64,000 nt of DNA from Myxococcales bacterium (GCA_047601445.1 JASGJH010000001.1:5568001-5632000), one strand, 5' to 3'; shown: positions 30,541 through 41,068, numbered from the stretch's first letter. Made by a program: numbers and translations. The notes: a model not told the origin generated them from the letters alone.

Positions 30541-31632
30541 ATGACTGCCAAGATCGTATCGTTCTCGTCGCTCGCGCTCTTCACCTCGTTGCTGGTGAGC
30601 CTGACTGCCTGCGGCGGAAACAAGGAAGAAGCCAAACCCGCGGAGGGTTCCGCCCCGGCCCTCGAGGCCAAGCCCGAGAAGCCGAGCAGCGTGGAGCTGC
30701 TCAACGTGAGCTACGACCCCACGCGGGAGCTCTACGAAGAATTCAACAAGTCGTTTGCCGATAGCTGGAAGCAGAAGAGCGGACAGACCGTGACCGTGCG
30801 CCAGTCCCACGGCGGCAGCGGCAAGCAGGCGCGCGCCGTGATCGACGGCCTGGAGGCGGACGTGGTCACGCTTGCGCTGGCCTATGATATCGACGCGCTC
30901 TACGAGCAGGCCAAGCTCATTCCCCAGAACTGGCAGACCCGACTGGCCGACAAGAGCTCGCCTTATACGTCGACCATCGTGTTCGTGGTGCGCAAGGGGA
31001 ACCCCAAGGGCATCAAGGACTGGAGCGACCTGGTGAAGAAGGGCGTCGAAGTCATCACGCCCAACCCCAAGACCTCGGGCGGCGCGCGTTGGACCTACCT
31101 CGGGGCCTGGGGCTACTCGCTCAAGCAGCCCGGTGGCAGCGACACCACGGCCAAGGACTTCCTCAAGAAGCTCTACGCCAACGTGAAGGTACTCGACTCG
31201 GGCGCACGTGGCTCGACCACCACCTTCGTTCAGAACGGCATCGGTGACGTGCTGCTCTCCTGGGAGAACGAGGCGCAGCTGATCCTCAAGGAGTCCGGCG
31301 CGGACAAGTACGAAGTCATCACGCCATCGCTGAGCATCCTGGCCGAGCCTCCGGTAACCGTGGTCGACAAGAACGTGGACAAGCACGGCACACGAGAGGT
31401 TGCCACGGCCTACCTGCAGCATCTCTACACCGACGCGGGCCAGGAGCTCGCGGCCAAGCACCACTATCGCCCGCGCAACGCCGCGGTGGCCGCCAAGTAC
31501 GAGCAGGACTTCCCCAAGCTCCAGCTGTTCACGGTGGATGAGCTGTTCGGTGGCTGGCAGAACGCACAAAAGACCCACTTCGCGGACAACGGAACCTTCG
31601 ACCAGATCTACGTGCCCGGCGGTGGCGGGTGA
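30541..31632 (+). CDS. sbp: Sulfate ABC transporter substrate-binding protein (lipoprotein)
   Basis: [51 protein letters not shown] lipobox. Confidence 0.97.
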   Translation: MTAKIVSFSSLALFTSLLVSLTACGGNKEEAKPAEGSAPALEAKPEKPSSVELLNVSYDPTRELYEEFNKSFADSWKQKSGQTVTVRQSHGGSGKQARAVIDGLEADVVTLALAYDIDALYEQAKLIPQNWQTRLADKSSPYTSTIVFVVRKGNPKGIKDWSDLVKKGVEVITPNPKTSGGARWTYLGAWGYSLKQPGGSDTTAKDFLKKLYANVKVLDSGARGSTTTFVQNGIGDVLLSWENEAQLILKESGADKYEVITPSLSILAEPPVTVVDKNVDKHGTREVATAYLQHLYTDAGQELAAKHHYRPRNAAVAAKYEQDFPKLQLFTVDELFGGWQNAQKTHFADNGTFDQIYVPGGGG

Positions 31633-32525
31633 ACGAGGTGGTCGTCGAGCGTGTCCGAGCGACGCGGCGCTCCCTGGCGCCGCTCGCGCGCGTTTTGTGG
31701 AAGCCTCGCGTATTGCCGGGGCTCGCCCCGACGCTGGGGTTCACGCTCTTCTATCTCAGTGCGATGGTGCTGTTGCCCATCCTCGCGTTGTTGGCTCGCA
31801 CCACCTCGCTCACGTGGGCTCAGGTCCTGGCCATCGTCAGCGCCCCGCGCACCTTCGCGGCGCTGGCACTATCTTTCGGCGCCGCCCTGGCGGCTGCGCT
31901 GTTGAACACCGTGGTGGGCACGCTCGTGGCCTGGGTACTCGCGCGCTATCGCTTTCCGGGACGCACGTTGCTCGACGCCATCGTGGACCTGCCCTTTGCC
32001 TTGCCGACCTCGGTGGCGGGCATCGCGCTCACGTACGTGTACTCGCAGCACGGCTGGATCGGGTCCTACGCCGCCAAGATCGGGGTGCCCATCGCCTTCA
32101 CGCGCTTCGGCATCGTGGTGGCGCTCACCTTCGTGGGTATGCCCTTCGTCGTGCGCACGGTGCAGCCCGTGATGCAGGAGATCGACGCCCAGATCGAGGA
32201 GGCGGCCGCGTCGCTCGGGGCCACCAAGTTCCAGACCTTCTCGCGGGTGCTGCTGCCCTTGCTCGCGCCGGCCATCGGCACGGGCTTCGCGCTGTCCTTC
32301 GCGCGCGCGGTGGGCGAGTACGGCTCGGTGCTGTTCATCGCGGGCAACATGCCGATGCGCACCGAGATCGCGCCGCTGCTCATCGTCAGCAAGCTGGAGC
32401 AGTTCGACTATGCGGGGGCGGCCGTGATCGGTGCGTCCATGTTGGCCGTGGCGCTCGTGGTGCTGCTGACGGTGCAGTTCCTGGAGCGCTCCCTGGAGCG
32501 CAAGCTCGGTGGAGGTGAGTCGTGA
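31629..32525 (+). CDS. cysT: Sulfate ABC transporter permease CysT
   Basis: [48 protein letters not shown]. Confidence 0.96.
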   Translation: MNEVVVERVRATRRSLAPLARVLWKPRVLPGLAPTLGFTLFYLSAMVLLPILALLARTTSLTWAQVLAIVSAPRTFAALALSFGAALAAALLNTVVGTLVAWVLARYRFPGRTLLDAIVDLPFALPTSVAGIALTYVYSQHGWIGSYAAKIGVPIAFTRFGIVVALTFVGMPFVVRTVQPVMQEIDAQIEEAAASLGATKFQTFSRVLLPLLAPAIGTGFALSFARAVGEYGSVLFIAGNMPMRTEIAPLLIVSKLEQFDYAGAAVIGASMLAVALVVLLTVQFLERSLERKLGGGES

Positions 32526-33355
32526 CACAACGAGCTAGCCTGGTTCGCTCCGAGCGACCTGAAGGCGCGGGACTCGTGCTCTTGCTGTTGGCGGTGCTCT
32601 TGATGGGCCTGCTGGTGGTGGTGCCCCTGATCGCCGTCTTGAGCATGGCGTTCGCCAAGGGAATCTCCCCGTTCCTCGCGGCCATCTCGCACCCCGATGC
32701 GGTGGCCGCCATGAAGCTCACGGGCATCACCGCGCTGATCGCCGTGCCGCTCAACGCCGTGTTCGGCGTGGCGGCGGCATGGGCCATCACCAAGTTCGAG
32801 TTTCGCGGCAAGTCCCTGCTGATCTCGCTGATCGACCTGCCCTTCACCGTGTCGCCGGTGGTGGCAGGCCTGCTGTTCGTGCTGCTGTTCGGATCGCGCG
32901 GCTGGTTCGGTCCGTTCTTCATCGAGCACGACCTGCGCATCGTCTACGCGGTGCCAGGCGTGGTGCTTGCCACGGTCTTCGTCACCTTCCCCTTCATCGC
33001 GCGCGAGCTGATCCCGCTCATGCAGGCCCAGGGCAACGAAGAAGAGCTGGCGGCCGTCACGCTGGGTGCAGGCGGGTGGGACGTGTTCTTTCGCGTGACC
33101 CTGCCCAACATCAAGTGGGGCCTGGTCTACGGCGTGGTGGTGGCCACGGCACGCGCGCTGGGTGAGTTCGGCGCGGTGAGCGTGGTCTCGGGGCACATCC
33201 GCGGCCTCACCAACACGCTGCCTCTGCACGTGGAGATCCTCTACAACGAGTACGACCAAGTGGGCGCCTTCTCGGTGGCCTCGCTGTTGACCCTGGTTTC
33301 GGTGATCGCGCTGATCGTGAAGAAGCTGATCGAGAGAAAGAAAGAGTCCGTATGA
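32522..33355 (+). CDS. cysW: Sulfate ABC transporter permease CysW
   Basis: [55 protein letters not shown]. Confidence 0.96.
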   Translation: MTQRASLVRSERPEGAGLVLLLLAVLLMGLLVVVPLIAVLSMAFAKGISPFLAAISHPDAVAAMKLTGITALIAVPLNAVFGVAAAWAITKFEFRGKSLLISLIDLPFTVSPVVAGLLFVLLFGSRGWFGPFFIEHDLRIVYAVPGVVLATVFVTFPFIARELIPLMQAQGNEEELAAVTLGAGGWDVFFRVTLPNIKWGLVYGVVVATARALGEFGAVSVVSGHIRGLTNTLPLHVEILYNEYDQVGAFSVASLLTLVSVIALIVKKLIERKKESV

Positions 33356-34392
33356 GTATCGAAGTTCGCGACGTCAGCAAGAGCTGGGGCAAGGTCATGG
33401 GCCTCGACCGCGTGAACCTGCACGTGGACACGGGCGAGCTCGTGGCGTTGCTCGGCCCCTCGGGCTCGGGCAAGACCACCCTCTTGCGCATCATCGCCGG
33501 CCTGGAGACCGCCGACGCTGGCAGCGTCTTCTTCGCGGGCGAGGACGCCACCGAGTCGCGCGTGCGCGAGCGCGGCGTGGGCTTCGTTTTTCAGCACTAT
33601 GCGCTGTTCAAGCACATGACGGTGGCCGATAACGTGGCCTTCGGCTTGCGCGTGATGCCCAAGGACCGGCGCCCCAACGAGGCGCAGATCAAGGCCAAGG
33701 TAGATCAACTCATCTCGCTGGTGCAGCTGGAGGGCCTGAGCCAGCGCTTCCCCGGCCAGCTCTCGGGTGGTCAGCGGCAGCGCGTGGCGCTCGCGCGCGC
33801 CCTGGCCGTGGAGCCCAAGGTGCTCTTGCTCGACGAGCCCTTCGGCGCGCTCGACCAGCGCGTGCGCGAGGAGCTGCGGCGCCGCCTGCGCAGGCTGCAT
33901 GACGAGCTGCGCGTGACCACGGTGCTCGTGACCCATGACCAGGAGGAGGCCCTCGAGGTGGCCGACCGCGTGGTCGTGATGCACCACGGCCGCATCGAGC
34001 AAGCCGGTAGCCCGGTGGACATCCTCGACCGACCGCAGACCGCCTTCGTGAACGAGTTCGTTGGCGACGTGAACACGCTGCGCGGCGTGGTGGTGGACGG
34101 ACACGCGGAGATCGGGGCCCTGCGGATCCCCGCCGACGGCCACGCGCCGGGCGCGCAGGTGCGGGCCCTGGTGCGCACCTACGACCTCAAGATGTGGCGA
34201 GACGACGCCGGCATCGCGACGGTCAAGCACATGTCTGCGCTCGGCGACCGCGTGAAGGTGACGACCCACCTCGACGGTGCCGGCGAGCTCTTCGCGCAGT
34301 TCCCGCGCCGCAGCAGCCTGCTCAAGGGCGTGGAACCCGGCTGCAGGGTGGCCGTGGAGGTCACGCTGGCGAGGTTGTATCCCGAGGGATGA
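33352..34392 (+). CDS. cysA: Sulfate ABC transporter ATP-binding protein CysA
   Basis: [44 protein letters not shown]. Confidence 0.96.
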   Translation: MSIEVRDVSKSWGKVMGLDRVNLHVDTGELVALLGPSGSGKTTLLRIIAGLETADAGSVFFAGEDATESRVRERGVGFVFQHYALFKHMTVADNVAFGLRVMPKDRRPNEAQIKAKVDQLISLVQLEGLSQRFPGQLSGGQRQRVALARALAVEPKVLLLDEPFGALDQRVREELRRRLRRLHDELRVTTVLVTHDQEEALEVADRVVVMHHGRIEQAGSPVDILDRPQTAFVNEFVGDVNTLRGVVVDGHAEIGALRIPADGHAPGAQVRALVRTYDLKMWRDDAGIATVKHMSALGDRVKVTTHLDGAGELFAQFPRRSSLLKGVEPGCRVAVEVTLARLYPEG

Positions 34393-34437
34393 ACGTTCGA
34401 CTGCGGCGTTGGACCGCACCGACTGGCGACCCGTTCG

Positions 34438-35454
34438 CTAGAACAGACGAGCCCTGCGCGAGAGCCATACGATGCTGCTCACGATCACGCCCACGGTGAG
34501 CCAGAACAGCGCGTAGCCGTACTCCCACTTGAGCTCCGGCAGGTGCTCGAAGTTCATGCCGTAGACGCCACACAGGAAGGTGAGCGGCAAGAAGATCACG
34601 CTGACCACCGTGAGGCGCTTCATCACCTGGTTGGTGCGGTGCGAGATCATGGACATGTGGAGGTTGAGGGACTCGGTGAGGATGTCGCGGTCCACCATCA
34701 AGTCGTGCAGCACGCGCTCTGCGGCGTGGGCCAGGTTCCCGAGCAGGTGTTGGGTCGTATCGCTGAGTTGCACGGAGCGCCGGGTGGCCAGGTCGCTGAG
34801 CACCGCCCGCGCTGGCAAGACGAGCTTGCGGAAGTTGAGTAGAGCCGCGCCCAGCGCGGAGACCTTGGTGAACACACGAGGATCCTCGGACTCTTGCATG
34901 AGCTCCGCCTGCAAGAGCTCCACTTGCTCTTCGAGACCGACCTGAACCACGCGATAGCTCTCCACGAGTTGATCCCAGAACTCGTAGACCAGGAAGCTCG
35001 GACTGCGCGCAAAGCGCAGAAAGTCCTGGCGATAGTTCTTGCGTAGCGCTTCCGTGAGCCGAGAGCCGCCGCGCTGCACGGTGAGCAGGAAAACGCCTCC
35101 GAACACGGCGTCGACGCGGCTCGTCAACAGCTGCGTCTGTTGGCATTGACACTCGCAGACCGTGAAGTGGAGGTAGTCCTCGTAGCGCGTGAGCTGGGTC
35201 ACCGGAGGTTGGAACAGGAGCTCGTCGATCAGAGCGTCGTGAATGAACCCGAGACAAGCGAGCACACTGCGGGCCGCTTTCACTTCGTGAACGACCACGT
35301 CGAGCCACACGAAGATGCCGCGCTGCAAGGCCGCCGGAATCTCTTCGATGCTCAGCTCGAGCTCCAGTCGGCGCTCGAAGTCGAGGCCGATCAAGCGGAG
35401 CGCGCACGCATCGCGCGACGGGGGAAGCGAGTAACGCACGGCCGGGGCGTTCAC
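34438..35454 (-). CDS. corA: CorA family Mg/Co transporter
   Basis: TNQVMKRLTVVSVIFLPLTFLCGVYGMNF...PEL.W.YGY. Start uncertain (GTG 35454 preferred over 35727). Confidence 0.9.
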   Translation of the reverse strand: MNAPAVRYSLPPSRDACALRLIGLDFERRLELELSIEEIPAALQRGIFVWLDVVVHEVKAARSVLACLGFIHDALIDELLFQPPVTQLTRYEDYLHFTVCECQCQQTQLLTSRVDAVFGGVFLLTVQRGGSRLTEALRKNYRQDFLRFARSPSFLVYEFWDQLVESYRVVQVGLEEQVELLQAELMQESEDPRVFTKVSALGAALLNFRKLVLPARAVLSDLATRRSVQLSDTTQHLLGNLAHAAERVLHDLMVDRDILTESLNLHMSMISHRTNQVMKRLTVVSVIFLPLTFLCGVYGMNFEHLPELKWEYGYALFWLTVGVIVSSIVWLSRRARLF

Positions 35455-35796
35455 GCGCAGAAGGTACCCGCTCTCGGTCCGGCATGCCCGCGCCCGCGAT
35501 CGCACGACGCGCGATTCGAACGTCGCGTTTCCGCAGGGAATCGATGTTGTTTCGGGAGTCGGCTCCTCGCGCGAGCCAGCCCTGCGCGTGGAATCGCTCG
35601 CGGTTCGCACGGTGTCGCCATCCCAACCCGGCAGTGCAGAACGAACGGGTGCAACGCGCGTGGCGCCCGGCTCGAAGGGCGCAGAAATGGGAACCATCAC
35701 CACCCTGTCCAAACCCGAGAGCGCCACGTTGGCTGCTCACCCGCGCACTCTTCGACCCTCTGGCTAAGGCTTTGAAACAGGCTTAAAGTTAATCTC

Positions 35797-36360
35797 ATGC
35801 AGTCGAGTGATGAGGTTCAACCCAGCTTGTGGACACTCTTGAGCGAGGATCTCCAGGCCCACGGCGGAGATTGGACGCGGCCCGGTTTTCAAGCGATCGC
35901 CGTGTATCGCTTCGGAGTTTGGCGCATGGGCGTCGAGCGCAGGTCGCTCAGGCTGCCCCTGAGCTTCGCGTACAAGGCGATGTTCACGGCCGTGCGCAAC
36001 TTCTACGGCATCGAGCTGCCCTACACGGCCAGCATCGGGCGGCGCGTGATCTTCGAACACCAGCACGGCATCGTGGTCCACGGCAGCACCGTGATCGGGG
36101 ACGATTGCATCGTGCGCCATGGCGTGACCTTCGGCATCCGCCGCATGGACGACCTCTCCCAGGCACCCGTGGTGGGCCGCAGCGTGAACGTGGGTGCGGG
36201 CGCGAAAATCATCGGGCGCGTCGTGGTGGGAGACCACGCGGCCATCGGTGCCAACGCGGTGGTGCTGCACGACGTTCCGTCGGGAGCCCTGGTGATTGGG
36301 GCGCCGGCCCAGATCGTGGAGCGCAAGAGCACCTTGCCGAGCCTGCGCGAAGTCAAGTGA
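35797..36360 (+). CDS. Serine O-acetyltransferase-like hexapeptide-repeat protein
   Basis: GFQAIAVYRFG, GIELP, IGDDCIVRHGVTFG, VGAGAKIIG, IGANAVVLHDVP...GAPA; short form of the CysE family. Confidence 0.88.
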   Translation: MQSSDEVQPSLWTLLSEDLQAHGGDWTRPGFQAIAVYRFGVWRMGVERRSLRLPLSFAYKAMFTAVRNFYGIELPYTASIGRRVIFEHQHGIVVHGSTVIGDDCIVRHGVTFGIRRMDDLSQAPVVGRSVNVGAGAKIIGRVVVGDHAAIGANAVVLHDVPSGALVIGAPAQIVERKSTLPSLREVK

Positions 36361-36370
36361 GGCTTCTTCA

Positions 36371-36448
36371 GGGGAGGTCACGCGACCTCCCCGCCGGTCG
36401 CGGCAAAGCCGCGCCGGGTCCCACCCCACCGCGAGGTTCGCTGCGCTC
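36371..36448 (-). repeat. 78-bp structured repeat, copy B (inverted, upstream of yhhQ)
   Basis: Reverse complement matches copy A at 68/78 and copy C at 71/78. Confidence 0.9.
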
Positions 36449-36498
36449 GACGGTCCACCAAAGCGAGCCCTAGCCTGGGAACGACCTATACTCCCGCG

Positions 36499-37203
36499 AT
36501 GGGAAGTGCCGAGGCACCGCGCGTCTACAAATATTACGACCTGATCATGGCGGCCTTCGTGTGCGTCCTGCTGTGCGCCAATCTGATCGGCGTCAGCAAG
36601 ATCACGCAAGTCACGTTGCTGGGTACCACGCTGACCTTCGGGGCGGGCAACCTCTTCTTCCCCTTCAGCTACTTGTTCGGCGATGTGCTGACGGAGGTCT
36701 ACGGCTACGCGCGATCGCGCAAGGTGGTCTGGGCGGGATTCTCGGCGCTGGCCTTCGCATCCGTGATGAGCTTCGTGGTCGTGAACATGCCCCCTGCCGA
36801 GGGCTGGCACGGGCAGGCCACCATCGAGGCCGCCTTCGGCTCCACCTGGCGCATCGCGTCGGCCTCGCTGATCGGGTATTTCTGCGGCGAGTTCGCCAAC
36901 TCGTTCACGATGGCCAAGCTCAAGGTGCGAACCTCCGGGCGCATGTTGTGGCTGCGCACCATCGGCTCCACTGTGGTAGGTGAGGCCTGCGATACCGTGG
37001 TGTTCTATCCGCTGGCGTTCTACGGCGTGTGGAGTGACGAGCTCTTGCTCAAGGTGATGCTCGCCAACTACATCATCAAGGTGGGCTGGGAAGTAGTCCT
37101 CACGCCTCTCACGTACCGCATCGTGGGCGCCCTCAAGCGAGCCGAGGGCGAGGACTACTACGACCGCGACACGAACTTCACGCCCTTCTCACTGGAGACC
37201 TGA
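36499..37203 (+). CDS. yhhQ: Queuosine precursor transporter (VUT/YhhQ family)
   Basis: ANLIG..K, FFPFSYLFGDVLTEVYGY, RIASASLIGY, WLRTIGSTVVGE..DT, YDRDTNFTPF. Confidence 0.93.
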   Translation: MGSAEAPRVYKYYDLIMAAFVCVLLCANLIGVSKITQVTLLGTTLTFGAGNLFFPFSYLFGDVLTEVYGYARSRKVVWAGFSALAFASVMSFVVVNMPPAEGWHGQATIEAAFGSTWRIASASLIGYFCGEFANSFTMAKLKVRTSGRMLWLRTIGSTVVGEACDTVVFYPLAFYGVWSDELLLKVMLANYIIKVGWEVVLTPLTYRIVGALKRAEGEDYYDRDTNFTPFSLET

Positions 37204-37209
37204 GGGACC

Positions 37210-37247
37210 CGACGGGCGGAGAGGTCGCGTGACCTCCCCGTTCAATC
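37210..37247 (+). repeat. Partial (3' hairpin) copy of the structured repeat
   Basis: 38-bp direct repeat of 37320-37357 with 2 mismatches, 110 bp period. Confidence 0.88.
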
Positions 37248-37271
37248 GAGCCAACGAGCACGGCACGGCGT

Positions 37272-37349
37272 GAGCGAAGCGAGCCTCGCGGTGGGGTGGG
37301 TCCCGGCGCCGCTTTGCTGCGACGGGCAGGGAGGTCGCGTGACCTCCCC
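37272..37349 (+). repeat. 78-bp structured repeat, copy C (downstream of yhhQ)
   Basis: GAGCGAAGCGAGCCTCGCGGTGGGGTGGG...GGGAGGTCGCGTGACCTCCCC. Confidence 0.9.
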
Positions 37350-37351
37350 GT

Positions 37352-40300
37352 TCAATCAATTCGGAAGCTGCACTCCACGGTGAACGCGTTGGTGTTGTTG
37401 GTGTCGTCGCACTCCGCGATCTTGCGCTCGGGATCGACCACCGCGTGCACGTTCACGTCGAGGTCCCCCACGTCCACGGACACGGTCTGGGTTTGTTGGC
37501 TCTCGCCCGCGAGGTTGCTGAACGTTACGTCCCTGAGCGCAGCGCCGCCCACCACGGGGTTGCCTGCGTAGAGCGTGACCTTCACTTCGGGTACCGCGAC
37601 CTGGCTGTCGTTGAAGACGGTGACCTGCATGCTGCGTGACGGACAGGAGCTGCCGGGACCCGTGATGGCGACGCGCAGCTCCGGGATGGCGGTGGTGACC
37701 ACCACGTCTGCCTCGGCCGTGTTGTTGAAGTCCTGACACTCGCGCACGCTGCCCACCAGGCCGTCGATCGGCGTGGCCGTGTAATCCACCAGCGCCTTCA
37801 CCTTGCTCGGCAAAGCGCCCGCGTCGTGGACCAAAGTAACGAAGGTCTCCGCACCTGGCGCCAGCGCGACCCCGAGCGTCTGCACTCCGAGCTCGTTGTC
37901 GGCCTCGTCGGTGAAGCGCACCTTCACGTCGGGTCCGGTGCCGAGGTCGCCCTGATTCTTGATCAAGGCCACGATCTTGATCTCGGTGCCGACCAGACCG
38001 CCGCAGGCAGCGCTCGGGGCGTTCACCGTGAGTCCCGCCACGACCAGGTCTGGCGCGATGTTGTCGATGGGCGGCAGGTTCGAGCGGTAGGTGTTGTAGT
38101 TGCGTCCGCCGTAGCTGCGCCAGTTGGGCACTTCGTCGGCGGGGATGCTGCCATCCTCGTGCACGTTGGTGATGTGATAGGCGTGCTGGTTCCAGATGCG
38201 CCGCGCGGAGATCCAGCCGTCGGTGGGGTCGCCGATCACGTTGATGCCGTTGATGAAGAGGCGGGTGCCGTCCGGCGGCGCGGTGGGTAGCGCGGGGCGG
38301 ATGGGCCCGCAGCTCTCGCTGCGCAGGTTGGAGCCCGAGTACACGATCTCCGCATTGCCGTCGCCGTCCACATCGGCCACCACGGGATACTCGATGCGCG
38401 TCGGGCTCTGCGAGTCGAGACGCTGATAGACCTTGCCGGTCTTGCCCTCGTAGATGCGGAAATAGCATTCGTCGTTGTAGACGACCTCGGCCGCACCATC
38501 GCCGTTGAAGTCGAACACACTGGAGCCGGTCACGCGGCTGGTGGTGTCCTGGGTGGTGCTGCTCCAGCCGTTGTGCAGACACACGCACTCATGGGAGCGC
38601 GTGTTGCATGCGAGCTCGCTGCTGCCGCAGTCGGCGTCCACGCTGCACTGCACGTTGGAGGTGGCGCGCGGTTGGTTGCCAGCGCCGTTTTTGTAGCTGG
38701 TGGGATCGGCGGAGTTGGGGTCGCCGTCGAGCACGGTGTCCCAACGAGGACACATGGCCGTGGGCGGCTGGAAGTCCACCATGAAGTAGGAGTTGTCGAA
38801 GGCCGTGCCCACCTCGGGGAAGCCGTCGCCGTCGAAGTCGTCGATGTTGGGCGCGCCGCCGTCCTTGTCGCGCAACGTGCGCTGAAAGCGCAGTCGACCC
38901 GTGGCGCCGTCGTACACGCGCAGGTAGCCGCTGCTCACGAGCACGACCTCCGGCTGACCATCGAGCCCGTGGCCCTCGCTCAGGTCTGCGTACGCGTTGG
39001 TGGCCTCGGTCGGAGGATTGGCGGTCTCGTGTGCCGCATCGATGGGGCCGAACACGTCCGCGATGGCGCAGAAGCCCTCCGCCGCGGTGTGCGCAGCGTT
39101 CCAGGTGGTGTGTGGGAGCAGCTCGTTCTTGTTGTAGGCGACGCACAGGTCGCCCGTGGCGTCCGCCTCGCAGTCGGCGGGCCCCGGCACGAAGTAGAGG
39201 CTGCTGCCGGATACGAGCTCCATGCTGCCGCCTTGCACCAGGTCCGTGATGCAGCTCATGGCACCTTGCTTGGCTCCGCTGCCGCCGTCGCCGTTGATGC
39301 CCTGCATGCCGCCCGCAGGCGGATACAGCACATGGTCGACCTCGAGGCCGGCTGCGCCTTGCTTCAAGAAGATCACGGTGGAGCCCACGACGATCTCCGC
39401 GAAGCCCACGTGGTCGATGTTGGCCAAGGCCGCCGCCGGATCGGGCCCCTTGAAGTTCTTGGGCATCGTGTACTGCGTGATGAGCTGACCGTCGTTGCGG
39501 TAGATCACCAGGCGATTGTTCTCGCCCTGGCTCGCCGCGTGGCCCATGTAAACGATCTCGGGGAAGCCGTCGTGATCGATGTCGCCCACCGCGACGCCGC
39601 CGTTGGGCTCGAGGTCGCCGGTGCCGCAGGCGCAGTCGCCCGCACCGCTCGGGGTGGGATCGCCTTCCTTCCAGGTCTTGCCAGCACACACCGCGAAGTA
39701 GTCCTCACCGGCCAACGAGACCTTGTGCACGATCGAGGCGTCGTTCTCGTCGGGCACCAACCTGGAGCCGCCGCCATGGACCGCGCGCAGCATGCCGCCG
39801 TACTGGTAGTTGGTCTGCGCGCCGGAGCAGAACGCCGGGAACACCACTTCGGGCGAGTCGAGCTCGTTGATCTTGCCGTCGCCGTTGTCGTCGTCGAGGT
39901 TCGCCACCACGGGCACGGCGCTCACCTGCGCATGCTCCTTGAAGGGACGCACCTTGCCACTCGCGCTGTTCTTGGCGTTGCGCGACGTACCGGGCGCGGG
40001 CGTGGCCTTGTCGGTGTAGCCGTCGAGGTCGTCGCCGCCCCAGGGGAAGCCCGGCTTCTTCACGGGCAAAAGGTCCGCGAAGGCTTGCGGCTGGATCGTG
40101 CAGGCTGCCTTCTTGCCAGTACCCTCGCAGGAGCCCTGCTTGCACTCGGTGTAGGCGGGGCAATCCCAGTCATCCCGACAGGTGCAGGTGGTGCCACCCT
40201 CGGGGCACAGGCTCTCGAGGCCGGGCTCGGTCACGCAGGTCACGCGCGTGAACTCGGCAGCACCGTTGGGCTGACACTCGAGCACCGCACCTTGCTCGCA

Positions 40301-40846
40301 ACGACCCGCGCCGGGCGCGCACAGGTCGCCCACGCAGATGGTGCCGTTGCAGTACTGATCGGCGGCGCACTGCACGTCCGCGTCGCAGCGGTTGTCCTGG
40401 CACACGTTGCCGTGCCCGTCGGCGGCCGGCACGCAGACCTCGAGCTCGCTGCAGTGCGCGTCGGCGCAGCTGTTGTCCACGCACGACGACACACCCTGGA
40501 CGTCGCGCTCGCACCGCTGCCCCTGAGCGCAGCCGGGTTCGCAGGATGCCACACAGGAGCCCATGTTGTTCTCGACCCGGCACTCCATCTGGGCCGGGCA
40601 CGTGATGCCCTCGCAGCTACCGACGCAGCCGGATCCCTGCGGGTCACAGACCTGGCCCGCTGCGCATCCCTGCTCCTCGCACGTGCGGGTGGAGCCGTCG
40701 TCCAAGTCGCCGCCGCTGCCGCTGTCGTCCTCGATGGGACCGCCGTCCTGGTCGTCCCCATCTCCGTGGCCCGCGCTGGTGCCGCCCCCCGAACACCCGC
40801 TCCAAGTCAGCGAACCGAAAGCCAAGACCAGAAGCCACGCTCGCAC
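37352..40846 (-). CDS. Large Cys-rich lipoprotein with FG-GAP propeller and two CARDB-like domains
   Basis: WSGC lipobox; Cys-rich N-terminus; NLDDDNGDG, DIDHDG.PEI, DFDGDG.PE, SSVFDFNGDG, RRIWNQHAY; APDLVV and VVDPERKIAEC...NN. GTG 40846 preferred over 40894. Confidence 0.88.
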   Translation of the reverse strand: MRAWLLVLAFGSLTWSGCSGGGTSAGHGDGDDQDGGPIEDDSGSGGDLDDGSTRTCEEQGCAAGQVCDPQGSGCVGSCEGITCPAQMECRVENNMGSCVASCEPGCAQGQRCERDVQGVSSCVDNSCADAHCSELEVCVPAADGHGNVCQDNRCDADVQCAADQYCNGTICVGDLCAPGAGRCEQGAVLECQPNGAAEFTRVTCVTEPGLESLCPEGGTTCTCRDDWDCPAYTECKQGSCEGTGKKAACTIQPQAFADLLPVKKPGFPWGGDDLDGYTDKATPAPGTSRNAKNSASGKVRPFKEHAQVSAVPVVANLDDDNGDGKINELDSPEVVFPAFCSGAQTNYQYGGMLRAVHGGGSRLVPDENDASIVHKVSLAGEDYFAVCAGKTWKEGDPTPSGAGDCACGTGDLEPNGGVAVGDIDHDGFPEIVYMGHAASQGENNRLVIYRNDGQLITQYTMPKNFKGPDPAAALANIDHVGFAEIVVGSTVIFLKQGAAGLEVDHVLYPPAGGMQGINGDGGSGAKQGAMSCITDLVQGGSMELVSGSSLYFVPGPADCEADATGDLCVAYNKNELLPHTTWNAAHTAAEGFCAIADVFGPIDAAHETANPPTEATNAYADLSEGHGLDGQPEVVLVSSGYLRVYDGATGRLRFQRTLRDKDGGAPNIDDFDGDGFPEVGTAFDNSYFMVDFQPPTAMCPRWDTVLDGDPNSADPTSYKNGAGNQPRATSNVQCSVDADCGSSELACNTRSHECVCLHNGWSSTTQDTTSRVTGSSVFDFNGDGAAEVVYNDECYFRIYEGKTGKVYQRLDSQSPTRIEYPVVADVDGDGNAEIVYSGSNLRSESCGPIRPALPTAPPDGTRLFINGINVIGDPTDGWISARRIWNQHAYHITNVHEDGSIPADEVPNWRSYGGRNYNTYRSNLPPIDNIAPDLVVAGLTVNAPSAACGGLVGTEIKIVALIKNQGDLGTGPDVKVRFTDEADNELGVQTLGVALAPGAETFVTLVHDAGALPSKVKALVDYTATPIDGLVGSVRECQDFNNTAEADVVVTTAIPELRVAITGPGSSCPSRSMQVTVFNDSQVAVPEVKVTLYAGNPVVGGAALRDVTFSNLAGESQQTQTVSVDVGDLDVNVHAVVDPERKIAECDDTNNTNAFTVECSFRID

Positions 40847-41068
40847 GTGCTTGCCCTCGCGCGAGCTCGCGCGACCCCACTCCGAACATCCCATGTTTGG
40901 AATTGTCCGTTGGCCCGAGATGGGGAAGCAATAGTTTGCTCGTGGGAGCGGCGACGGCCTGCGTGAGCGCCACCGTCAACCGTGGGAGCGGCCACGCACA
41001 CCGTCGCCGTCGCCGTCAAAGTCCACGACCAGGCCCGCGACCAAGTCGAGGTCGCGGAACCCCGCCCA

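Noticed and set aside
36361..36498. preQ1 riboswitch upstream of yhhQ
   Set aside because: No A-rich 3' tail or preQ1 consensus; the structure here is the dispersed repeat also found beside araC, and the gene looks leaderless.
37210..37357. Mini CRISPR array
   Set aside because: Only two 38-bp direct repeats, both parts of the larger dispersed element; no cas genes.
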